Assembly (NCBI RefSeq): GCF_947488715.1
Contig: NZ_CANLAG010000005.1
Span: 325,950 to 357,949, forward strand
Source: an uncultured Tateyamaria sp.
GTDB lineage: Bacteria; Pseudomonadota; Alphaproteobacteria; Rhodobacterales; Rhodobacteraceae
Length of the DNA stretch: 32,000 nucleotides
Direction: 5' to 3'
Made by a program: the position numbers and the translations under genes. Positions 20,301 to 26,199 of this stretch are shown here, piece by piece. A model generated the notes under the pieces. It made no database searches and was not told the origin of the DNA. It worked only from the letters and a program-made list of their open reading frames with translations. The first letter of the stretch is position 1. Every line of letters starts with the position of its first letter.

Positions 20301-23056
20301 ACCGAGCTGACGCAGCTCGTGCGTTGGGTGACGTAGCACCCGGCAAGGCCTCACAGGTCGACGCCGCATTTCTGTTTGCAGGGCAGGGCAGCCAACATCT
20401 GGCGATGGGCCGCGCGCTGTACGAACGCTATAAGGCGTACCGCGATGCCATGGATGACATCGACGCGCGGATCACACCGCTGTTGGGGCAATCGCTGCAT
20501 GGGTTGATCATGTCGGGCGATGCGTCGGCGGAACAGACCCTGCGTGACACCCGATACGCGCAACCTGCCGTTTTTGCCGTGTCACTCGCCACCGCGCGTC
20601 TGTGGCAAGCGGTGGGCCTTCAGCCACGTGCCGTACTTGGGCATTCTGTTGGTGAATTTGCAGCGGCGCACATTGCTGGCGTCATGGACCTGGACGAAGC
20701 CCTTCGGCTGATCGTCGCGCGCAGTGCGCTTGTGGCTGAGCAACCCGTGGGCGGCATGCTGGCGACAACGATGTCCGCAGAAGCCGCACAGGCCCACGTC
20801 GGGGATGGCATAGAGATCGCGGCCTACAATGGCCCGCAACAGGTTGTTTTTGCAGGGCCATCCGACCCATTGGATACGCTGCGCGCGACCCTTGATGCGC
20901 AAGGCACGCCTTGCCATCCTCTTGCAACGTCCCATGCGTTTCACTCTGCAATGCTTGCACCCGCCCGCGACGCGTTTCGATCCTGCATCGACACATCCAA
21001 ACTGTCGCCACCGACCGTACCCTTTGCTTCGACGGTCACTGGCGGCTGGGTCGAGGCTCAGGATCTGTTGAGCAGCGACTATTGGGCGGATCACATCTGC
21101 AAACCGGTGCGGTGCGCGCAGGCCATGGCCGCATTGGCGGACAACACAGCGATGGTTGGTCTGGACATGGGGCCGGGCACAACGATGACATCACTGGCCG
21201 CGGCGAACGGGATTGAGTGTCTGCCCAGCCATGATGTGCCAGGCGTTCGCACGGACGACGCGCAACAGCCGCCTGCTGTCCTGTCGACGCTCGCCACACT
21301 CTGGCGCAGAGGTGCCAATGTGAACTGGGACGCCATGCGCAAGGGGCAACCCCGCAAGACGTCGCTGCCCCTGACCCCGTTTGCGCGGACACGGCACACA
21401 CCAACTGTCGCGCCGACCTCGGACTGGCCCGCCAAGCGTGCGGATATGGGTACATGGTTTTATCGTCCCGCGCTGTCCGCCGTGGCAAAGCCAACTGGCG
21501 TCGATTGGGGTGGCAAGGTGCTCGTGGTCACGGATGCGCCCGACGGTGCGGCCGAGACACGTCAGGCGATCCTGTCGCCCGGCACGGACACACAGGTCGT
21601 GGACATCGCACTGACCGCGCCCGATCAAGTTTTGAGCGGGCAGATCGCAGGGTGTCGCCATCTCGTCTTTGTCCTGACCGCTGATTACGGGTCTGACTGG
21701 ACCGTTTTGCAAAGCGTTCTGGCTTGGGTGCGCAGATTTGTGGGCGAGCAGGGTGCGCTGGCGCGGGGTTTGCATTTGGTAACGCATGGCGGCGCGCCCG
21801 TCGGTGACATCGGACCTGTGATCCCGATGCAGTCCGCCATACGCAGTGCATTTGAGGTGTTGGCCGTGGAACATCCGGAGCTTGAGGTGTCCGGAGTGGA
21901 TATTGGCGGCGCTGTGCCAGCATCGCTGGATGTGCCAGCCGCAGGGTTCCTGGTCTGGCATGACGGAGCATATCACGACATCCAACCGACGGCAGCCCAG
22001 ATGCCAACGCCGTCACGAAAGATTCTGCCCAAAGCGCCGCGCATCTTAATCACTGGCGGGTTTGGCGGCGTTGGCCGCGCGCTGGCCTTGGAGTTTGCAG
22101 ACAGCCACCCCGGCGCGACGTTTGTGTTGACCAGCCGCGACGATCAAAGCGAAGCGCCGCTTTTGACCCAACTCCGGGCCAAAGGTGCAACCGCAACGGC
22201 ACTTCAATGCGACCTGAGCGTGTCGGGCGTGCACTTGCCGGTACCTCAAACACCGTTTGATCTGGTGATCCACGCGGCAGGCTGCGCCGACGATGGTGGG
22301 GTCGTTGCGCGCCGCGACGGGCCATCTGTTGCACAGGTTCTGGCCCCGAAAATCGCGGGGCTCGATGCGCTGCAACCTGTTCTGTCGGATCAGACACAGC
22401 TTGTGCTGTGTTCGACGCTGGGATCGTGGATGCCGGACGCAAAATTTGGGCAGGCCGCTTATGCAGCCGCAAACGGTTATCTGGATGGTGCCGCCTTGGC
22501 GCAGTCGCTCGCCGGACGGCGCGTGATTGCGATCAATTGGGACGACTGGGTTGGCGCAGGCATGACCGAAGACACGCGCGCGGCCATGGGACAACCCGCA
22601 ATGACGCCCGATGACGGACTGACGGCCCAAGAGGGGGCGAGTGCGCTGGCCGCCATCGTGTCGGCGCAATGGCCACGCGTGTCCGTGTCGGTGCGCGACT
22701 TGCCGGGTTTGATGCAGGCGGCCAAAGCGCGTTTTGCAAAGGCACCTGATCCGACAGCCGCCGACCCGGCGCAGGTCGTGTCGCCGACGCAGCGCGCCAT
22801 CCCTTCACCCGACGCCATCAGCGTAATTGTACTGGACCTCTTTCGTACCGTGTTGGGGCGCACCGATTTTCAGGACACCGACAACTTTTTTGAACAGGGC
22901 GGCCACTCGCTGATGGCCATGCAAATTCTGATCCGACTGCGCGATGACGTCGGCCTGCCATGCGCCCTTGTCGACATCTTCGAAGCACCAAGCCCCGCAG
23001 AGCTCACGCAAAGACTGATTGCCAAAGCGGGCACGCACACAAAGGACATATCATGA
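11135..23056 (+). CDS. Hybrid NRPS-PKS megasynthase: TubC docking-C-A-T-E-C-A-T-KS-AT-KR-T
   Basis: 3973-aa ORF with all motifs readable: HHMISD (C), GGDSIT (T), HHLCIDVLSW (E), AHHLVLDGWS (C), DAGGHSLLLV (T), TACSTS/EAHGTGT/KGNIGH (KS), GHSVGE and HAFH (AT), TGGFGGVG (KR), EQGGHSLMAM (T). ATGA overlap at both ends. Confidence 0.96.
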   Translation: MRPLSDMLHELAGLGIELEANADKLRIRGPASALGPALREELKARKAELLAHLTAPASPVSVPLLPNQRRLWFIDKLTDAATGFALQAAFVLPRQYTVAEWQDALDQLCAHHPVLDTQLIEEGDAPFLQVRPQGPRAEVHVDRLPDDAPDFDALRPTNAGLFRCAVWPRETGQSLVVLSLHHMISDRQSMSTVMQDLLHLLDGQPLTKAGRDFLDIMAQDGSAARPHAAEGLAYWTQTLSDAPADLTLPYDHARPDRRGVQGAVHRFVLSDAANLGPLAQRNNATAFATYLAVYAQLLSQWSGQTDLVIGCPVSGRYMPGTETSVGYFVNTVALRLNLDATDIASVIERARTVVMGAMEHQDVPFDHVVSALSPDRHLNRNPLFQAMFVLQPPSGNAPVFAGEPVDILPAPPLAPDVDISLMLEETAQGYAGYLEYDPDLFDPETIALFAQQFEALCQTYAGNSQTAEQRLAHWQGPDAPRPRGDMWSVLGSALKELPADHLVLEDPDGAVTKSEVLAQANAVAAGLMAQGVGSAAPVGISLARTRDRAAAMLGVWKAGATVVFLPVIGQDKSAQQVFADRVSKGAIGHVICDTASSDDAGTTATLLPFSSFSSVEEISREGLADGPAYLCFTSGTTGTAKAVAVGHDSLINHMMGIAEQFALTPADRVLQFAPTSFDMVFEDMLPALMLGASLIVPEADALADMDRFQAMISDAGITVANLPAPFWHAWVHELDATQTTAPAALRLVITGSDVVHGEAAWVWRSRCPETSLMSGYGLTESTITAMLHTPAADPSDIGLGALPLGVPLPNVAVSVVGPDGEPVPTMVVGEIAISGAAVAMGYVGAQSDHRFRQVGDEPQFMTGDLGRMRRDGHLEFLGRRDQQIKIRGVRVEPSAVEAVVMRLATVSEAAVVPRPSPTGQWGLAAYIVGDQTADHYTEELRHALPGAMVPQTVVTVPALPRTDAGKIDRRALARAPIEITATPTRAPTAQEARLAAIFADVLGQKRVGPDDNFFALGGDSITSLQIVARARRAGFALTAAQVFEHQTVAALAAHVNDLPTQDVGETSGPIPATPIMAWFATQFDQPWKHFNQSVMLAMPADLNTDALRAALQSVADAHPIFALRVDPDAAQPFSISETAEAPAFFTHTTEDGQADALDRVQASLDPTEGRNIAALWLPHQNRLMVTIHHLCIDVLSWDVLLRDLETAYDAACAETHTQITPAGASFRTWAERLNTFAKDSGVSGTVAHFMQSLGGATDPILGAPVAAGQDRDITSFRLTLPAGVTSDILRHAAVAYETRADEALLVALLMALDKRGSSGVRVDLERNGRTSPFADLDLADTIGWFTSVMPLRLMPGDDVAALAQQVRRATQDSPHDGLGFGLARYCGTSATRTALASLPEADVLLNYVGVLTGWEDAPFRPVDAPCGTTIALDTERSHVVEINAGVVAGQMRIEMIAPSSAGAEAEGLAQALETAISDLASQARQARFGADMGDNVEDVAPATPLQHRILLHSMRRPDTYFDQLRFTLDGPLDVDAMQRSWDMLVHRHKSLRTNFGFAGDDSPLQIVRQSLDMQWHHLDWRDVAPGTIARLLTDVMQVDRAVGFDIENGPLMRMHLIRRSDTQYDWIWSAHHLVLDGWSVSVVIEEWQSIYAALVRGDTPQLAPAADPSDYAAWLGQTDSGAARAFWAEHLAGAEATLIAKEQDRATAAATQAPGTDRIDLSPEVEQQLGALARDLGTTVGVIAQAAWALVLRRYGHSGAVLFGLTVSNRPPDIAGADRMVGMMINTLPVRVDLSGADTPRGVMARMSAQARARAPWSALSLDNILSAGGFGDTLPFDTMMLVQNYPQPETLSAGDVTVGLSEVAERTDLPLTLVVQSGDDPCLMAVWDRDRLGDAQVQSMLGHWHRVMTAFLADADQTLDGISIYSDAELAARVELAQGSSGDAETPRAVEAVAHWARILPDQTALVADDGVLSYRALDAAVAALAARLTAQEGLQPGASVAVLLPRSTRAIVALLAVMRAGGVAVPVDAAYPADRIAYILADCGAELVVTQTGMAQPLDSVTVVLCDTLEVAETPTGTGELPAPDSPAYMIYTSGSTGQPKGTLTHHGGVDNMIAAQALAFNLGPADRVLQFASLSFDASVWEMFMALAAGAALYVPTREQALGGRELADYIADHRITAATLPPTVIDGVSPEQVPDLSLLVAAGEACPRHLGQTWAKDRRFYNAYGPSEASVCATLHQVETAEHTVPIGTAIAGAVAYAVDQDGHLVPMGGTGELVIGGAGVGLGYHGRPELTARAFVPDKWRQDARARAYRTGDRVEVGANGALVFRGRLDRQIKLRGFRVEPGEVENALMQDPAVHRALVGVRSSDGMSRLLAWVVPVAGAVVSPDGLREMLAQQLPGHMVPASVVVVDDVPLTPNGKVDWAALPDASDDAPAEPAPVVETKVAVAPPAAALTTEERVILKLTEIWSELLDGRSVAPDQNFFDAGGHSLLLVRMQPMLKEAFGVQVRTRTLFDNLTISALATVLCDTGAQVPDDVAVAEPVPAADEGVKAPAIGTARTAEPIAVIGMACRFPGASDLAAYWDMLRRGDEGLCDLTRADLLAAGVSASDAENPAYVARRGIIDHADSFDAAAFGIGPREAELMDPQQRLFLECVWHALEDAGQPPRRGQNTGVFAGAGYNTWMNEVLRPAGHSMEGSAGYHAVTANEKDFLATQTAFRLDLRGPAVSVQTACSTSLVAVVQAVQALRSGQCETAVAGGVSVAFPTHRGYMYEPDMILSPDGHCRPFGAEAAGTVPSSGVGAVILKPLDKAQQDGDRVYAVIRGTGLGNDGARKMSFAAPGVDGQADAMRAALDDAGLLPSDVDAIEAHGTGTALGDPVEMTAIARVYADRSTPLSIGSVKGNIGHADAAAGIAGFIKSVLGLWHGEMPASLHADTVNARLDLADGALRIASDRVTLGPRARAGVSSFGIGGTNAHVVLERAETQQDDAICGPEEWQVLPLSGHSNDAVVDGASALSEHLGTSEAPLAQVAATLQSGRAALHYRTAVLAQDTHRADAARALGDVAPGKASQVDAAFLFAGQGSQHLAMGRALYERYKAYRDAMDDIDARITPLLGQSLHGLIMSGDASAEQTLRDTRYAQPAVFAVSLATARLWQAVGLQPRAVLGHSVGEFAAAHIAGVMDLDEALRLIVARSALVAEQPVGGMLATTMSAEAAQAHVGDGIEIAAYNGPQQVVFAGPSDPLDTLRATLDAQGTPCHPLATSHAFHSAMLAPARDAFRSCIDTSKLSPPTVPFASTVTGGWVEAQDLLSSDYWADHICKPVRCAQAMAALADNTAMVGLDMGPGTTMTSLAAANGIECLPSHDVPGVRTDDAQQPPAVLSTLATLWRRGANVNWDAMRKGQPRKTSLPLTPFARTRHTPTVAPTSDWPAKRADMGTWFYRPALSAVAKPTGVDWGGKVLVVTDAPDGAAETRQAILSPGTDTQVVDIALTAPDQVLSGQIAGCRHLVFVLTADYGSDWTVLQSVLAWVRRFVGEQGALARGLHLVTHGGAPVGDIGPVIPMQSAIRSAFEVLAVEHPELEVSGVDIGGAVPASLDVPAAGFLVWHDGAYHDIQPTAAQMPTPSRKILPKAPRILITGGFGGVGRALALEFADSHPGATFVLTSRDDQSEAPLLTQLRAKGATATALQCDLSVSGVHLPVPQTPFDLVIHAAGCADDGGVVARRDGPSVAQVLAPKIAGLDALQPVLSDQTQLVLCSTLGSWMPDAKFGQAAYAAANGYLDGAALAQSLAGRRVIAINWDDWVGAGMTEDTRAAMGQPAMTPDDGLTAQEGASALAAIVSAQWPRVSVSVRDLPGLMQAAKARFAKAPDPTAADPAQVVSPTQRAIPSPDAISVIVLDLFRTVLGRTDFQDTDNFFEQGGHSLMAMQILIRLRDDVGLPCALVDIFEAPSPAELTQRLIAKAGTHTKDIS
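11315..12560 (+). other. Condensation domain C3
   Basis: LLPNQRRLWFIDKL; HHMISDRQS (the Gly of HHxxxDG is replaced by Arg). Confidence 0.85.
12595..14060 (+). other. Adenylation domain A3, ornithine-like pocket
   Basis: FTSGTTGTAKAVAVGH, MTGDLG, GKIDRRAL; by-eye code D-M-E-N-I-G-G-I-T-(K). Confidence 0.78.
14090..14310 (+). other. Carrier protein T3
   Basis: NFFALGGDSITSLQIVARARRAG, the GGDSI type typical of carriers upstream of E domains. Confidence 0.9.
14330..15600 (+). other. Epimerization (E) domain
   Basis: GPIPATPIMAWF; TIHHLCIDVLSWDVLLRDL; VDLERNGR...DTIGWFTSVMPLRL; VLLNYVG. Confidence 0.9.
15625..16910 (+). other. Condensation domain C4 (follows E; expected DCL-type)
   Basis: ATPLQHRILLHS; AHHLVLDGWSVSVVIEEW; MVGMMINTLPVRV. 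Confidence 0.88.
16980..18430 (+). other. Adenylation domain A4, phenylalanine-like pocket
   Basis: IYTSGSTGQPKG, FASLSFDASVWEMF, NAYGPSEASVCAT, YRTGD, PNGKVDWAALP. By-eye code D-A-W-T-V-A-A-V-C-(K). Confidence 0.9.
18500..18740 (+). other. Carrier protein T4
   Basis: NFFDAGGHSLLLVRMQPML. Confidence 0.9.
18825..20095 (+). other. Type I ketosynthase (KS)
   Basis: AEPIAVIGMACRFPGA; TACSTSLVA; EAHGTGTALGDP; SVKGNIGHADAAAG; the Cys-His-His triad is intact. Confidence 0.95.
20365..21260 (+). other. Acyltransferase (AT), predicted malonyl-specific
   Basis: FLFAGQGSQ; LGHSVGEFAAAH; TSHAFHSAM (HAFH is the malonyl-type motif). Confidence 0.9.
21480..22620 (+). other. Ketoreductase (KR) with structural subdomain
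   Basis: ILITGGFGGVGRALA; VLCSTLGSWMPDAKFGQAAYAAANGYLD; HAAGCADDG in the region used for KR stereotyping. Confidence 0.88.
22800..23035 (+). other. C-terminal carrier protein T5
   Basis: DNFFEQGGHSLMAMQILIRL; the protein ends about 40 residues later with no TE. Confidence 0.9.
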
Positions 23057-24669
23057 CCGACACCACAGAACTGTTTTGCCTGCGCCCGGATGTGGTTGTC
23101 GAACCCGTTGTGGCGGGGTGGTATGCGACCACGCAACTGGTGTCGCCACTGGCACATGCCATGAACACCGCCTTTCGCCATCTGCCCATCATGCAGAGCT
23201 ATATCCAAAGCCCGCAAATGCATGCCGCGGCGGTGCAAGACCCCGACTTGTTGGGCGGGCCTTTCATCGACCACCCTGCGGAGCGTGCCTCTGACGTGGT
23301 TGATCTGTTGGAAAGCACCCGAGGCGCGCAGCAGGACCATCTGAAACTGGCCGATGCCGTGCGGACAGCGTGGGAAACTCTGCAAAACCGTGCGGCTGGC
23401 GGCAGCATGGCGGATATCTACGCTGCCATGCCGGACGACCTGCGCGGGTTTCTAGAGCTGGTGTACACGCCCGGAGGCACGCCGGATTTGCGGGTGTTCG
23501 AGGCGCTGTTGTACCGAAGCGCGCATTACACGCCGCATTTGCAGGGTGCCTTGATCCACCGGATTTCTGGTGACGAACGTCCGTTTTCCATGTCCACGCC
23601 GCGCTTTCCCAGCCCGGACAAATTCGCGCTGAACCGACCATTTTCGGACAAGGCCTATGATGTGCTGGGACGTTTACGCCGCGAACCGATGTCACGTGCG
23701 GATATCGCCAGCGCGCTGCAACTGAACGATGCGGAGGCGGCGGCGTTTGACGCATTCCTCACACCGGCCTCACCGCGTGCGCCGGTTGAGGTCGCGACAC
23801 AAAGCAGATGGCGGTATTTCGGGCACGCCTGCGTTCTGGTCGAGTCGGCAGGTGGGCGGTCGGTCTTGGTCGATCCCGTGATTGCCTACGAATCCGGTGA
23901 CGCCCCGGAACGCTACACCATCGACGATCTGCCTGATTTCATTGATGTGGTGTTGATCACGCACAATCACCCTGATCACGTGCTGATCGAAACGCTTTTG
24001 GCGTTGCGGTGGAAGATCGGCACCATTCTGGTCGCGCGCAGCGGCGGCAGCATGGTGGACCCATCGCTCAAATCTGCCCTGACGGCGATCGGGTTCGCAG
24101 ATGTCCGCGAGGTCGACTATCTTGAGGCGGTCCAGGTGGGCGACGTGTCTATTCAGGCGCTGCCCTTTCTCGGGGAACACGCAGACCTCGACATCAGTTG
24201 CAAGGCGGCTTGGTTGGTTGATGCAGGCATGCGCATGGTGTTTGCGGCGGATTCCAACAATCTGGACCCAGTGCTGTACGACCGCCTGGCCACCTCGATT
24301 GGCCGCCTGGACGCGCTGTTTCTGGGCATGGAATGTGAAGGTGCACCGATGTCCTGGCTATACGGCGCGATGTTGCCCTTTGCGGTGGACCGGGCCGACG
24401 ATCAGGAACGGCGGCTTGATGGATCCAACGCAACTCGTGCGCGCGCACTGATCGAAAGCCTCGATGTGGATCAGGTCTATATCTACGCGATGGGGCTGGA
24501 GCCGTGGCTCAAGTTCATCACCGGCATGGCCCCCGAGGACGACAGCACACCGATGCAACAGTCCGAAGAGCTGCTTGCTCAGTGCAGACAGGTCGGAATG
24601 CAGGCGCAGCGCCTCTATGGGCGTGCCACCAGCGAGGATGCTGTCGAAACGGTCGAGTTCGACCTTTAG
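23053..24669 (+). CDS. MBL-fold metallo-hydrolase (UlaG/NAPE-PLD-like superfamily) with an extended N-terminal region
   Basis: The start at 23053 (MTDTTELFCLRPD) overlaps the upstream stop (ATGA). WRYFGHACVLVESAGGRSVLVDPV, LITHNHPDHVL (HxHxDH), LPFLGEHADLDI, VFAADSNN. Confidence 0.88.
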   Translation: MTDTTELFCLRPDVVVEPVVAGWYATTQLVSPLAHAMNTAFRHLPIMQSYIQSPQMHAAAVQDPDLLGGPFIDHPAERASDVVDLLESTRGAQQDHLKLADAVRTAWETLQNRAAGGSMADIYAAMPDDLRGFLELVYTPGGTPDLRVFEALLYRSAHYTPHLQGALIHRISGDERPFSMSTPRFPSPDKFALNRPFSDKAYDVLGRLRREPMSRADIASALQLNDAEAAAFDAFLTPASPRAPVEVATQSRWRYFGHACVLVESAGGRSVLVDPVIAYESGDAPERYTIDDLPDFIDVVLITHNHPDHVLIETLLALRWKIGTILVARSGGSMVDPSLKSALTAIGFADVREVDYLEAVQVGDVSIQALPFLGEHADLDISCKAAWLVDAGMRMVFAADSNNLDPVLYDRLATSIGRLDALFLGMECEGAPMSWLYGAMLPFAVDRADDQERRLDGSNATRARALIESLDVDQVYIYAMGLEPWLKFITGMAPEDDSTPMQQSEELLAQCRQVGMQAQRLYGRATSEDAVETVEFDL

Positions 24670-24807
24670 GCCCTGCGCCTGACGGGGACTTGATGCAAAC
24701 GTGATTGGGACGTGAGCCACTGGCTGTGCAAGGTGCTGGCTATATGTCTGCGCCTGGCCTTGGGCTTTGCGGTGGCATCTGACAACACGCTGCCGAAAGG
24801 GTCCGTC

Positions 24808-26187
24808 ATGGCACTCGCCAACTCCATCAAAACCCGACTGCTTGCGCCACTTCTGGCGGTTTCGCTTGTGTGCGCCTGCGCGCTGCACGCGCAGAGCACC
24901 GAACCGTTGCCCGACTACGTGATCGAGGAGTTTGGACAACCCCCGGCAGTGCCAACCGGGCCGCTTGCCCCCGAGATGCAATTTGCGGTGCGCGTGGCCT
25001 TTGTGGACAGTGTGGCGCTGTCGACGTGGGACGAAAATCAGACCCTCGCGCTGGCCGAGATTGCAAAGTCCGAAGACCCGCGATTGGTGTGGTTGATCAG
25101 TGATATGATGCGCTTTGTCCCCTCGCGTCAGTTGCACGATGCGCTGTCAAATGCCGCCGCGGAGCTTTTGGGCAAACCCTTTGAAACCGGCAACAGCTGG
25201 GGCGTCGTGACCGACCACCTCTTGGCCTGGGACATTCCGGCGCCGCCCGACTACCTCAAGGTCAAGCGCACGATTTTCACAGGCATTGTCCCCGGATGGG
25301 AGCAGATATTCGTAGAAGGGGACATCGACTGGCGGTTGGTGTCCTGGGGTGGGGTTCTCATTGATGACCGGCCCTATGACACCACGGACAACGGGTGCAA
25401 TTGCATCCCCGCCGCCGATAACCCGGATGTGACCAGCGCCGAGGACGCCGCGTGGCTCAAGGACGATGACATCGTGTTCGGCATCGAGGTCAACGGCGAA
25501 TACCGCGCCTATCCCCGCCGCATCATGGAAGTGCGTGAAATGGTGAATGACACGCTGGGCGGGCGTGATCTGGGCATCCCGTACTGTACGCTTTGTGGTG
25601 CGGCGCAGGCCTATTTCACCGATGAACTGCCCGTTGGTATCGAGCGCCCGATCCTGCGCACCTCGGGCCTGCTGAGCCGTTCGAACAAGGTGATGTACGA
25701 CATCAACACCTATTCGGTCTTTGACACATTTCTGGGCCATGCAGTCACCGGGCCGCTTGCGGAAAAGAACCTGCAACTCAAGCAAGCGACTGTGATCACG
25801 ACCGATTGGGGCACGTGGAAACGCGAACACCCCGAGACCACCGTTTTGCTGGAACGCTATGCGCTGGGCCGTGACCCCGATTTCCGCAATGGCCGTGATG
25901 CCGATGGCCCGATCTTTCCCGTTGGGGATGTCGACCCGCGGCTTTCGGTCCATGAGGACATCATAGGGGCCATCACAGCGTCAGGCACACCTGTGGCCTT
26001 TCCCCGCTCGGCTGCGTTTGTGGCCCTGAAACGCGGGGACGACGTGACGTTCGAGAACGTGCGCCTCGAACTGGACGCAGGTGGCATACGCGCGGTCGAT
26101 GCGGATGGCAGCGACCTTGGCAGCCACCAGGCTTTCTGGTTCGCCTGGTCGCAGTTCCATCCGCAAACCGCATTGTGGATGCGGTAA
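24808..26187 (+). CDS. DUF3179-like secreted protein with signal peptide
   Basis: ORF is open from 24712 (GTG), but the ATG at 24808 is preceded by a purine-rich AAAGGG and starts a signal-like MALANSIKTRLLAPLLAVSLVCACALHAQ. Motifs GIPYCTLCGAAQAYFTDELP, SHQAFWFAWSQFHPQTALW fit DUF3179. Confidence 0.72.
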   Translation: MALANSIKTRLLAPLLAVSLVCACALHAQSTEPLPDYVIEEFGQPPAVPTGPLAPEMQFAVRVAFVDSVALSTWDENQTLALAEIAKSEDPRLVWLISDMMRFVPSRQLHDALSNAAAELLGKPFETGNSWGVVTDHLLAWDIPAPPDYLKVKRTIFTGIVPGWEQIFVEGDIDWRLVSWGGVLIDDRPYDTTDNGCNCIPAADNPDVTSAEDAAWLKDDDIVFGIEVNGEYRAYPRRIMEVREMVNDTLGGRDLGIPYCTLCGAAQAYFTDELPVGIERPILRTSGLLSRSNKVMYDINTYSVFDTFLGHAVTGPLAEKNLQLKQATVITTDWGTWKREHPETTVLLERYALGRDPDFRNGRDADGPIFPVGDVDPRLSVHEDIIGAITASGTPVAFPRSAAFVALKRGDDVTFENVRLELDAGGIRAVDADGSDLGSHQAFWFAWSQFHPQTALWMR

Positions 26188-26199
26188 GACGCAAGCCGC

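Noticed and set aside
22960-23052. N-terminal extension of the MBL ORF (MRPCRHLRSTKPRRAHAK...)
   Set aside because: Lies inside the previous gene's last codons and is not family-like; the ATG at 23053 in the ATGA overlap is the better start.
23056-24669. MBL gene as an integrated type I or type II thioesterase
   Set aside because: No GxSxG alpha/beta-hydrolase motif; the HxHxDH motif clearly marks an MBL fold. A release role is only a hypothesis.
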